Shown: piece after piece, positions 1 to 8,503 of the stretch
Position numbering within the stretch: position 1 is the first letter of the stretch
How the letters are laid out: every line of letters begins with the position of its first letter
NCBI GenBank assembly: GCA_016208765.1
Contig: JACQXK010000001.1
Coordinates: 128,218 to 192,217, forward strand
From: Candidatus Omnitrophota bacterium
Lineage (GTDB): Bacteria; Omnitrophota; Gorgyraeia; Gygaellales; Profunditerraquicolaceae
Length of the DNA: 64,000 bases
Direction: 5' to 3'
Position numbers and translations under genes: made by a program
Notes under the pieces: model-generated
Told to the model about the DNA's origin: nothing
The model's input: only the letters and a program-made list of their open reading frames with translations
Databases searched by the model: none

Positions 1-627
1 ATGAACCTGGGGATTAATTATAAAGAGATTTCAATTCAAGAGATATTTGAGTCTTACCTTAAGACTTTAGAACCGCATTTTCAAGGACAAAGCTGGAGCG
101 TTGCCGAGGAGAATATACAGGCGCGTATCCGCGGAAACATACTGATGGGGCTGTCTAATAAATTTGGCTGGCTTGTTTTAACTACGGGTAATAAATCTGA
201 GATGAGCGTGGGTTATGCCACTCTTTACGGAGATATGGCCGGTGGGTTTGCGGTAATTAAAGATGTCCCAAAGACGCTGGTTTATAAATTGGCGCAATAT
301 TACAACGAGAGTAGATACAGGCAAATAATTCCACAAAGGGTGATAGAAAAAGCTCCTTCTGCAGAACTAAGGCCTAATCAAAAAGATACAGATACTCTGC
401 CTGCTTATGAAGAACTGGACCCGGTAATAAAATATTATGTGGAAGATGATATGCCTGTTTCAGAGATAATTAAAAAGGGTTTCAGCAAAGATGTTGTCCT
501 TAAAGCGGCTAAAATGGTAGATAGGAGCGAATATAAACGTAGGCAATCTCCTCCGGGGATCAAGATTACTCCTCGCGCATTCGGCAGGGACCGGCGCATG
601 CCCATAACCAACAGATTTTACGAATGA
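1..627 (+). CDS. nadE: NAD+ synthetase, C-terminal part (5' end cut by window start)
   Basis: The ORF translation contains the NadE PP-loop/ATP-pyrophosphatase region ([16 protein letters not shown]...). It runs from window position 1, so the N-terminus is missing. Confidence 0.85.
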   Translation: MNLGINYKEISIQEIFESYLKTLEPHFQGQSWSVAEENIQARIRGNILMGLSNKFGWLVLTTGNKSEMSVGYATLYGDMAGGFAVIKDVPKTLVYKLAQYYNESRYRQIIPQRVIEKAPSAELRPNQKDTDTLPAYEELDPVIKYYVEDDMPVSEIIKKGFSKDVVLKAAKMVDRSEYKRRQSPPGIKITPRAFGRDRRMPITNRFYE

Positions 628-1487
628 ACCAAGGAGCGGACATGGATAGAAATATAACATTTAAAGGAAATCCGCTGACACTTGTCGGCAGAAATTTAAG
701 AATACCCTGTTTGGCGCCTGATTTTAAAGTAATCTCTCAGGATCTAAAAGAAATAAGCCTGGCAGATTTTAAGGACAGGATAAAGATTATTAATTCTTTT
801 CCTTCTTTGGATACTCCTGTTTGCGATCTGCAGGTAAAGGAGTTCAATAAAAGGGCAACAGGGTTGTCAGGCGATGTGGTAATTATAGGGATAAGTAAAG
901 ATTTGCCGTTTGCTCAAAAACGTTTCTGTGAAGCGTTTGAAATAAAGAATGTGTTTGTGTTTTCTGATTATAAAACTTCTTCCTTCGGCATTAACTACGG
1001 TTTACTAATTAAGGAATTAAATCTTTTGGCCCGGGCCGCGCTTATTGTGGATAAAAATAATACCCTGCGTTATCTTCAGCTTTCTCCCGAGCTCACTGCG
1101 CCTTTAAACTATGAAGATGTATTAAAAAACTTAGAAGAGGTAATAAAAAGTCCGGTTCTTTCAATCAAAGAAGGCCTGCCTTCTAAATGCAAGCCTTGTG
1201 AAACAGGGGCGCCGGCTCTTCCTAAAGAAAGCATTGAGAAGCTGTTGGCAAATCATCAGGGGTGGCAATTAGTAGAAGATAAAAAACTGGTTAAAGAGTT
1301 TAAGTTCAGGGATTTTATTGAGTCTAAATATTTCCTGGACATGGTTTCTGTGATTGCCGAAGAACAGGGGCATCATCCCACAATGACGTTAATCTACAAT
1401 AAGTTAAAAATTACCCTGACTACGCACGCAGCAGGAGGATTAACTGAAAATGATTTTATTATGGCTATGATGATTGATGAACTTTGA
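624..1487 (+). CDS. tpx: Thiol peroxidase (Tpx, atypical 2-Cys peroxiredoxin) fused to a C-terminal pterin-4a-carbinolamine dehydratase (PCD/DCoH) domain
   Basis: The N-terminal half carries the Tpx peroxidatic Cys motif SLDTPVCD and the resolving Cys in KRFCEA. The C-terminal ~95 aa carry the PCD signature [33 protein letters not shown]. The ORF overlaps the nadE stop by 4 nt. Confidence 0.8.
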   Translation: MNQGADMDRNITFKGNPLTLVGRNLRIPCLAPDFKVISQDLKEISLADFKDRIKIINSFPSLDTPVCDLQVKEFNKRATGLSGDVVIIGISKDLPFAQKRFCEAFEIKNVFVFSDYKTSSFGINYGLLIKELNLLARAALIVDKNNTLRYLQLSPELTAPLNYEDVLKNLEEVIKSPVLSIKEGLPSKCKPCETGAPALPKESIEKLLANHQGWQLVEDKKLVKEFKFRDFIESKYFLDMVSVIAEEQGHHPTMTLIYNKLKITLTTHAAGGLTENDFIMAMMIDEL

Positions 1488-1496
1488 GATGAGGGG

Positions 1497-2261
1497 ATGA
1501 TTATGCGCTATCTGCCAAAGTCAATAAAAGCACAGTTAATTATTTACTTATTCGTTTTCGCGGTTTTTCTCGCATTAAAAGAAAGGGATTTTGCTTTTTT
1601 AGCGGCGGTTGCCATTGCAGTAATAGCAGCTGTATCGGTAGAATCGCTTATCCTGTATTTTAAAACAAAGAAATTGCAGATAGCTGAAAGCTCTGTTATT
1701 ACCGGCTTGATCATAGGCTGTGTTGTAGCCAGCGATGAGGCGTGGTGGATGTTTATTTTGGCAGCTTCTTTAGCTATTTCTTCCAAATATATTCTTCGTT
1801 TCCAGAAGAAACACATTTTCAACCCTGCGGCTTTCGGTATATTTTTAACGATAATCTTGTTCGGAGTTCCAACAGAATGGAAAGGGACTTATCTTTGGTA
1901 TATACTTGTTCCATTTGGCATTTATTTTGCTTATAAGATCAGGAAACTGGAAATTGTTCTTGGTTATACAATTATTTCATTGCTTTTATTTGGAACACAG
2001 GATTTGTTGCGTGAGTTGCCTTTAGGCAATATTTTCGGTTACTTTAGCTATTTCTATATTTTTGTGATGGTGATAGAGCCAAAGACGACTCCGGTTAAAT
2101 CACTGGAAAAATATATCTTTGGCGCAGGCTTAGCAGTATTAATTTTTGTTTTGACAGAAGCAGGGGCCAGGTTTGATGTTGAGCTTTTTAGTTTATTGGT
2201 TATGAATGCCAGCGTTCCGATATTAAACAGGATCAGATTAAAAAGGGAGGTTTTAAAATGA
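1497..2261 (+). CDS. Short RnfD/NqrB-family-like polytopic membrane protein; no FMN-attachment motif recognised
   Basis: Multi-TM ORF. The segment ITGLIIGCVVASDEAWWMFILAASLAISSKYILRF..HIFNPAAFGIF resembles the conserved (P)WW...FNPA block of RnfD/NqrB. At 254 aa it is shorter than canonical RnfD. Confidence 0.45.
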   Translation: MIMRYLPKSIKAQLIIYLFVFAVFLALKERDFAFLAAVAIAVIAAVSVESLILYFKTKKLQIAESSVITGLIIGCVVASDEAWWMFILAASLAISSKYILRFQKKHIFNPAAFGIFLTIILFGVPTEWKGTYLWYILVPFGIYFAYKIRKLEIVLGYTIISLLLFGTQDLLRELPLGNIFGYFSYFYIFVMVIEPKTTPVKSLEKYIFGAGLAVLIFVLTEAGARFDVELFSLLVMNASVPILNRIRLKREVLK

Positions 2262-2611
2262 AGAAAGTATTTCTGCTTACTGTTTTCTTAATTTCTTTTA
2301 TGGCATTTTCATCTGCTTATGCGCATCCGCCATCAGATATTATTATAAACTTTGATCCGAAAACAAAAATACTTAATGCGGTAATTATGCATAATACGAG
2401 TAATCCGGATAGCCACTTTATCAAAAAAGTTGATATTGGTTTGAATGGCAAGGAGATAATTGAACATAAAATTTCCAGAGAAGATAATAATGAAAGCCAG
2501 ACAGTCAGCTATCTAATTCCTGATGCTAATAATGGCGACGTGCTTTCTGTTGAGGCTTATTGTAGTATTAGCGGTAAATTAAGAAAAGAAATTAAAGTAG
2601 AGGTAAAGTAG
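2258..2611 (+). CDS. Exported hypothetical protein with a signal peptide
   Basis: N-terminal signal peptide MKKVFLLTVFLISFMAFSSAYA. Start overlaps the upstream stop by 4 nt. No recognisable domain. Confidence 0.5.
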   Translation: MKKVFLLTVFLISFMAFSSAYAHPPSDIIINFDPKTKILNAVIMHNTSNPDSHFIKKVDIGLNGKEIIEHKISREDNNESQTVSYLIPDANNGDVLSVEAYCSISGKLRKEIKVEVK

Positions 2612-2612
2612 A

Positions 2613-3656
2613 GTGGATAATATGGGTAGGTTAAAAAAGATAATATACGCCTTGGCAATATTTTTGTTAGCAGGAGGTATTATGAAGGACAGTAGCGGTG
2701 CTTCGGGAAAGATCCCTATTTTTAATGCAGCTACAGGCAAGGTTGAGGAAGTTGAGAAGATTTACAAAACTGATGCAGAGTGGAAAAAGCTGCTTACCCC
2801 CGAACAGTACCGTATTACCCGGCTTAAAGGCACTGAGCGGCCGTTTTCCGGGCAATGCTCGCTTTCTCCCAAAGGAGCTGTTGGTATTTATCAATGTGTC
2901 GGCTGTGGTACGGATTTGTTTCGTTATGAAAGTAAATTTGAATCCGGCACTGGTTGGCCAAGTTTTTTTGAACCTGTTTCAGAACTTAATTTAACGCTGG
3001 TTTCAGACGATAGCATGGGTATGTGCCGGGCTGAAGTTTTGTGCGCGCGTTGCGATGCGCACCTGGGTCATGTTTTTGAGGATGGCCCGCCGCCGACAGG
3101 AAAACGTTATTGTATTAATGCAGCAGCATTGAAGCTTGCAAATAATTTAGCAAAGAATGATGCTGCTAAAACTCAAATTGCTGTTTTTGGTGCGGGTTGT
3201 TTTTGGGGAGTTGAGGCTGCGTTTAGCCAAGTTAAAGGCGTAGTAAATACTACTGTTGGATTTATGGGAGGAAGCACAAAAAACCCTACCTATAAGCAGG
3301 TATGTACAGATAGGACCGCTCATGCAGAAGTTGTACGGGTAGAATATGATCCTGAAAAAGTTTCTTATGAAAAGTTACTTGATGTTTTTTGGAACATTCA
3401 CGACCCAACTACTCCGAACAGGCAGGGCCCTGATCTTGGGTCTCAGTATCGTTCTGTGATTTTTTATCATACGTCCGAACAGGAGAGGGCAGCTTTGCTG
3501 TCAAAGGAGAAATTAGAGAAGTCAGGAAAATTTAAACGGCCGGTAGTAACCGAGATAGCGCCGGAAAAAGAATTTTATAAAGCAGAGGAGTATCATCAAA
3601 ACTACTATGGAAAACAAGGGATTAAACCGTCTTGCAGCTTGCCAAAAAATTTCTAA
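2613..3656 (+). CDS. msrAB: Bifunctional methionine sulfoxide reductase MsrB-MsrA with an N-terminal membrane anchor/signal
   Basis: MsrB zinc/catalytic motifs (CVGCGTDLF, GTGWPSF, CARCDAHLGHVF) are followed by the MsrA active site GAGCFWGVEA. A hydrophobic N-terminus (IYALAIFLLAGGI) suggests export. Confidence 0.85.
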   Translation: MDNMGRLKKIIYALAIFLLAGGIMKDSSGASGKIPIFNAATGKVEEVEKIYKTDAEWKKLLTPEQYRITRLKGTERPFSGQCSLSPKGAVGIYQCVGCGTDLFRYESKFESGTGWPSFFEPVSELNLTLVSDDSMGMCRAEVLCARCDAHLGHVFEDGPPPTGKRYCINAAALKLANNLAKNDAAKTQIAVFGAGCFWGVEAAFSQVKGVVNTTVGFMGGSTKNPTYKQVCTDRTAHAEVVRVEYDPEKVSYEKLLDVFWNIHDPTTPNRQGPDLGSQYRSVIFYHTSEQERAALLSKEKLEKSGKFKRPVVTEIAPEKEFYKAEEYHQNYYGKQGIKPSCSLPKNF

Positions 3657-4659
3657 GAAGGCAGATGCAGCTGATCTCGGAATAAAAAAAGCCGCTAATA
3701 TTATCTTAAGCGCAAAAAGTATAGTTATCGCCTGCCATGTTAATCCTGATGGCGACTGTATAGGATCTCTGTTGGGGCTTGCCTTTGGATTAAAGTCTTT
3801 GGGAAAAAAAGTTTTTATGCTTAGCCAAGACGGCGTGCCTAAGAAATACAGGATGTTACCCGGAGCAAACTACATAAGAAAAAGATTAGATAAGAAAATA
3901 GATCTGGCAATAGCGGTTGACTGTAATGAAAAGCAGATGTTGGGAAAATCATTTAAAGTCTTTGAAAGAGCAGAAAAAATCTTAGAAATTGACCATCATG
4001 AGTTTCGTGTTCCCTTTGGAGACATTGCATTTGTGGATACTCGTGCAGGAGCAGTAGGAGAGATGGTCTTTAGCTTGTTGAGAGAATTGAATGTCTCTTT
4101 GACACAGAATATGGCTAAAAATATCCTGACATCTATAATTGTAGAAACAGATTCTTTCAGTTTGCCTAATGTACGTGCATTCACATTTGAGGTCTGCGCA
4201 AAGCTTTTTGATACAGGGATAGATTTTTCCAAGTTCATTGAGATGATCTATTGGACGAGCACAAAAGAGAAAATAATTTTGTCAGGTATCTGCCTTTCAA
4301 GATGTAAATTTTTAAGAAAAGGTAAAATTGCCTGGTCCATTGTAAAACAAAGCGATTTTAAGAAGTTTAACGGTAAAGATGAAGATGTTGATGCTGTAGC
4401 AGACCAGATGAGGCAAATTAAAAATGTGTTGATTTCTATATTGTTTCGTCAGAAGCCGCGCGGGTTTTTAAGAGTTAGCCTAAGGTCAAAAGGGTTGATC
4501 AATGTTGCAACTCTTGCGCAGAAATTCGGCGGCGGAGGGCATTTTGATGTGGCAGGGTGTACTGTTGTTGATAGCGCGCTTGTGAGAAGGAAGATTCTTT
4601 TGGAAGCAGAACGGCTATTAAGCCAAAAGTATAATTTCTTGCTTAACCGAACCGATTAA
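3607..4659 (+). CDS. nrnA: DHH/DHHA1 phosphoesterase, NrnA-like oligoribonuclease/pAp phosphatase
   Basis: DHH motifs (HVNPDGDCIGS, DHHE) and the DHHA1 motif GGGGH. The annotated start overlaps msrAB by 50 nt, so the true start may lie downstream. Confidence 0.8.
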   Translation: MENKGLNRLAACQKISKKADAADLGIKKAANIILSAKSIVIACHVNPDGDCIGSLLGLAFGLKSLGKKVFMLSQDGVPKKYRMLPGANYIRKRLDKKIDLAIAVDCNEKQMLGKSFKVFERAEKILEIDHHEFRVPFGDIAFVDTRAGAVGEMVFSLLRELNVSLTQNMAKNILTSIIVETDSFSLPNVRAFTFEVCAKLFDTGIDFSKFIEMIYWTSTKEKIILSGICLSRCKFLRKGKIAWSIVKQSDFKKFNGKDEDVDAVADQMRQIKNVLISILFRQKPRGFLRVSLRSKGLINVATLAQKFGGGGHFDVAGCTVVDSALVRRKILLEAERLLSQKYNFLLNRTD

Positions 4660-4690
4660 AATATAATGGACGATAGAATGAGGAGAACAT

Positions 4691-5296
4691 ATGAAACTTA
4701 AAACTACAAGGCTTGAGGCTTTAACTGACGGGATATTCGCGATTATTATGACTGTTCTCCTGGTTGGTTTAAGCGAGGTGTTTAGTTTAAACGGGCCGCT
4801 AACTCAATCAGATCTTTTAAAATTCTTTCTTGCGCTTAAAAATGATTTCGGAATTTATATCTTAACATTCTTAATTTTGGGTGTTTTTTGGTTTGAGCAT
4901 CACTGGCAATTTCATTTTATTAAGCATGCGGATGTTGCGTTGGTTTTTATAAATATTCTTTGGTTTATGGTAATTTGCCTGTTACCTTTTACTTCACTTC
5001 TTTTGGGCAACCACGGGCATTTATTTATTCCGGTATTTTTGTTTGAATTAAATATACTTTTGTCCAGCCTGATATTATATGCTCACTGGTTATACGCTTC
5101 AAAACATCATCGCTTGTTGGATCCGGAGGTAAATAAAGACATAGTTAGTTCTCATCGTGAAGCAGGTTTATTCCTGATAGGGATATGTGTTTTAGCTTTA
5201 ATCGTAACATTCTGGAATTCGCTTATTGGTTTATTAGTTTTAGCAATGTCGCCTTTAGTTTTTATTTTTTATCGCAAGTCAAACCACGGTTCTTGA
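4691..5296 (+). CDS. TMEM175/DUF1211-family putative K+ channel
   Basis: Six predicted TM segments. TM1 carries the hallmark motif RLEALTDGIFAIIMTVLLV, which corresponds to the RxxxFSDGxFAI signature of TMEM175 homologues. Confidence 0.65.
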   Translation: MKLKTTRLEALTDGIFAIIMTVLLVGLSEVFSLNGPLTQSDLLKFFLALKNDFGIYILTFLILGVFWFEHHWQFHFIKHADVALVFINILWFMVICLLPFTSLLLGNHGHLFIPVFLFELNILLSSLILYAHWLYASKHHRLLDPEVNKDIVSSHREAGLFLIGICVLALIVTFWNSLIGLLVLAMSPLVFIFYRKSNHGS

Positions 5297-5328
5297 TATG
5301 GGAGGCTTGATCTGGAGGATGTTAAGAA

Positions 5329-5649
5329 GTGAACAAACCGTTTCTTAAGTTATTAAAGGGGAACAAGAGGTTTAAGCGGCTTTTGGGAGATGCTAAGAAT
5401 AGACAAGGCTTACGCTCAGGTTTAGTGGTTTTAAAACCAGGCGAACTTGTCGGAGAGCATTCTACTGAAAATAAAGAAGAGATTTTGATTGTTTTGTCCG
5501 GCTGCGGTTATTTTTATTACGGCAAGAAGACCATTATTTTAAAAGAAAACACTTTTCTTTATGTCCCGGAGAGAACTACGCATAATGTTAAGAATGCCGG
5601 GCAAAAGCCGTTAAAGTATGTCTATATAACAGCAAATTTAAATAAATGA
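5329..5649 (+). CDS. Small cupin-domain protein
   Basis: 106 aa beta-barrel pattern (G.....H....EE...V..G.......G). GTG start with an upstream GGGAGG-like RBS. Confidence 0.6.
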   Translation: MNKPFLKLLKGNKRFKRLLGDAKNRQGLRSGLVVLKPGELVGEHSTENKEEILIVLSGCGYFYYGKKTIILKENTFLYVPERTTHNVKNAGQKPLKYVYITANLNK

Positions 5650-6443
5650 CAGATTATCTGGCATTGGCCAAGCTTGCCGCGCTTAAGGCGGGTAAAATCC
5701 ATAAAAAGTATTTTTGTCGTAATCCCAGAATTAAGACAAAATCCTCAACCTTTGACCTTTTGACCGTTGCCGATACCCAAGCCGAGAGGGTAGTGGTTTC
5801 GTTAATAAGGAAATATTATCCGCAGCATAATTTTCTTGCCGAAGAATTCCGTTACAGGAAAACCGGTTCAGAATACACATGGATCATTGACCCTTTGGAC
5901 GGAACAAATAATTTTGCAAGCGGACTTCCGATTTTTTGCGCTTCAGTGGCGTTAATGTTCAGAAATGAAATAATTGCCGCAGCCGTTTATGACGTGACCA
6001 GAAATGAGTTATTCTACGCTCAAAAATACCGGGGGGCGTTTCTTAACGGAAAGCGCATCAGCGTTAATTCTGCCTCGGAATTAAAAAAATCGCTGTTAAT
6101 TACCGGCATTTATTATGATCGCGGAAAAAAAATGGAACAAACTTTAGATACGATTAAAGATTTTCTTTATCGCCATGTGCTGGATGTGCGCAGGCTCGGA
6201 GCTGCTGCCCTTGATTTATGTTACGTGGCTTGCGGCAGGGCTGCCGGTTTTTGGGAGTTTGAATTGAGCCCCTGGGATTTCGCTGCCGGAAAATTAATTG
6301 TTGAAGAAGCAGGGGGCATGGTGACGGGGAGCTTAGAGGAAACAGTGCCGCTTACAAAGAAATATTTTATTGTTGCATCAAATACGAAAATTCATCGCAA
6401 GATGCTTGCAATTATAAACAAGAAAGTTGCGAGGAAGTTGTAG
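5646..6443 (+). CDS. Inositol monophosphatase family protein (SuhB/CysQ-like)
   Basis: IMPase metal-binding motifs WIIDPLDGTNNF and an EE...D pattern. 4-nt overlap with the upstream gene. Confidence 0.8.
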   Translation: MTDYLALAKLAALKAGKIHKKYFCRNPRIKTKSSTFDLLTVADTQAERVVVSLIRKYYPQHNFLAEEFRYRKTGSEYTWIIDPLDGTNNFASGLPIFCASVALMFRNEIIAAAVYDVTRNELFYAQKYRGAFLNGKRISVNSASELKKSLLITGIYYDRGKKMEQTLDTIKDFLYRHVLDVRRLGAAALDLCYVACGRAAGFWEFELSPWDFAAGKLIVEEAGGMVTGSLEETVPLTKKYFIVASNTKIHRKMLAIINKKVARKL

Positions 6444-6524
6444 CATATTTTAATCAGAATGGCGGCTAAGATTATCCTGAGCGAGCCTAAGGCGAGAGAA
6501 GGATCTTAAAGAAGGATTGTTTGC

Positions 6525-6689
6525 ATGGAAGAAAAGATCGGGCATTTAAAAGTGAATATATTTAAGATTAAAAACCGTTGCGGATATGCGGCAGTGTGTT
6601 TTGACCATTTGACTGAGGGCAAAACACAACAAGAGGCCTATGAACGCATGCTAAAGGCTTTGCGCCGGACAAATAAGCAGGAAAAATGA
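6525..6689 (+). CDS. Small ORF (54 aa) with a HicB/UPF0150-like antitoxin pattern
   Basis: Manual translation gives MEEKIGHLKVNIFKIKNRCGYAAVCFDHLTEGKTQQEAYERMLKAL.... This resembles the HicB core Y.A...DL.G..T.G.T.EEA. It lies below the ORF-track size cut-off, overlaps the next start as ATGA, and no HicA partner was seen. Confidence 0.3.
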   Translation: MEEKIGHLKVNIFKIKNRCGYAAVCFDHLTEGKTQQEAYERMLKALRRTNKQEK

Positions 6690-7165
6690 AGATAAAACCA
6701 GAAGATAAATATATGAAGTTAGCAATTTCCGAGGCTAAGAAGAACCTGAAGTTAATGCATGGGGGCCCATTTGGCGCGTGTATTGTTAAAGCCGGTAAAA
6801 TCCTTGCAGTGGCGAGGAATACTGTTTTAAAAGAGGATGCTGTTTGTCATGCTGAAATAAATGCTATCAAAATTGCCTCTAAGAAAATAAAAAGTTTTGA
6901 CCTGTCCGGGTGTATTATATACTCAACCACTGAACCATGCCCGATGTGTTTTAGCGCTATCCACTGGGCGCGCATAGGAGTAGTTGTTTTTGGCACAACC
7001 ATTCATGATGCCCAGCGTATTGGATTTAACGAATTAAAGATTTCTTCAGCTATGTTGAAACGATTAGGCAAAAGCAGGGTCAAGCTTGTAAAAAGTAAGT
7101 TAACCAAAGAGTGCAGGCAATTGTTTGATAACTGGCGCGTTTTGCCCGGCAGAAAATTATATTAG
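6686..7165 (+). CDS. CMP/dCMP-type zinc deaminase (TadA/guanine deaminase-like)
   Basis: Zinc-binding motifs CHAEINAI and TEPCPMC. Confidence 0.75.
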   Translation: MKIKPEDKYMKLAISEAKKNLKLMHGGPFGACIVKAGKILAVARNTVLKEDAVCHAEINAIKIASKKIKSFDLSGCIIYSTTEPCPMCFSAIHWARIGVVVFGTTIHDAQRIGFNELKISSAMLKRLGKSRVKLVKSKLTKECRQLFDNWRVLPGRKLY

Positions 7166-7196
7166 CAGTGATCCAGATTTAATCCCGGAGGAAATA

Positions 7197-8480
7197 ATGA
7201 CTGAATATAATGATAAACAGGCGGTGCGGATTTCAGAAGAAAATTACCGGGCTGTATTTGATGTAATTAATGACGCAGTCTTTATACACAAGCCGGATAA
7301 CGGTGAAATATTAGATTGCAATCAAAAGACTCTGCAATTATACGGTTATTCGTTAGAGGATATCCGTTTAAAAACAATCGGAGACCTTAGCTCTGGAAAG
7401 CCCCCTTACGACCATAATAATGCTTTAAAGTTTGTGCAAACAGCAGCAGGCGATGGCCCGCAGATATTTGAATGGTTGGCAAAAGATAAAGCAGGAAAGG
7501 AGTTTTGGGTTGAGGTTAATCTAAAGAAGATATTGGTTGGTTCGGAAGTAAGAGTTTTGGCAATTGTCCGGGATATTCAGTTGTTAAAGTCTGCTTCAGA
7601 AGAATTGAAAGAATTGCAAAAAAGGATTGAATTTATCCTTGGAGTTACTAAAACCGGAGTAGATATTATTGATTCCGATTTTAATATTGTTTATATTGAC
7701 CCCACCTGGGCAAAGGTTTACGGAGATTTTAAAGGCAAGAAGTGCTTTGAATATTTTACCGGACGCAGCAGCTCTTGCCCGGGCTGTACCTTGAAATTAG
7801 CTTTTTTAACCAAGCAACCTGTGGTCACTGAGGAGGTCCTTCCAAGAGAAGGCAACCGTCCGATCCAGGTTACCACGATACCTTTTCAAAATGAAAAAGG
7901 TGAATGGTTGGTAGCTGAGATTAATGTTGATATTACTAAAATAAAACGCACTCAGGAGCTCTTAAAGGAACAGAAGTCAAGCCTTCAATCAATAGCCGAC
8001 AATGTTCCGGGAGCTGTCTATGAGTATCAATTAACTAAAGACGGCAAGCAGAGTTTTATTTTTTTAAGCGCAGGGGCAAAAGAATTGTTTGGTCTTGGTT
8101 TAACAGAGATGAAAAAAGATTTTTCATTAGCCTGGGGCTTAATTATTCCTGATGACGCAGAGCTTGTGCAGGAATCTATATTGTCTTCTGCTCGCTCTAT
8201 GCAGCAATGGAATATGGAGTTTCGCATAAAAATGCCAAATGGAGAGAATAAATGGATACACGGTAGTTCTATGCCTAAGTTAAATGCAAAAGACGGCAGT
8301 ATTGTTTGGACCGGCACTTTTCTGGATATAACAGCGCGTAAAAAAGTAGAAGATGAGTTGTCCCGGAAATTGCGCGAATTAGAAATATTTCAGAAAGCCG
8401 CCATCGGAAGAGAATTGAAGATGATAGAGTTGAAGAAGAAGATAGAGAAACTTGAAGAAGAGCTTAAAAAGCAGCAATAA
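7197..8480 (+). CDS. Multi-PAS-domain sensor protein with a C-terminal coiled coil and no output domain
   Basis: At least three PAS-like modules (VFDVINDAVFIHK..., KTGVDIIDSDFNIVYID..., SIADNVPGAVYEYQL...) and a KLEEELKK coiled-coil tail. Start placed at the ATG at 7197, which has a GGAGG RBS; the track ORF starts at 7125 and overlaps the previous gene. Confidence 0.75.
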   Translation: MTEYNDKQAVRISEENYRAVFDVINDAVFIHKPDNGEILDCNQKTLQLYGYSLEDIRLKTIGDLSSGKPPYDHNNALKFVQTAAGDGPQIFEWLAKDKAGKEFWVEVNLKKILVGSEVRVLAIVRDIQLLKSASEELKELQKRIEFILGVTKTGVDIIDSDFNIVYIDPTWAKVYGDFKGKKCFEYFTGRSSSCPGCTLKLAFLTKQPVVTEEVLPREGNRPIQVTTIPFQNEKGEWLVAEINVDITKIKRTQELLKEQKSSLQSIADNVPGAVYEYQLTKDGKQSFIFLSAGAKELFGLGLTEMKKDFSLAWGLIIPDDAELVQESILSSARSMQQWNMEFRIKMPNGENKWIHGSSMPKLNAKDGSIVWTGTFLDITARKKVEDELSRKLRELEIFQKAAIGRELKMIELKKKIEKLEEELKKQQ

Positions 8481-8503
8481 AAACTATATAAGCGGAGGAA
8501 GAA

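Noticed and set aside
1544-1936. Overlapping ORFs 1544-1822 (-) and 1742-1936 (+) inside the RnfD-like gene
   Set aside because: Out-of-frame or antisense to a polytopic membrane protein ORF that has a consistent hydrophobic periodicity.
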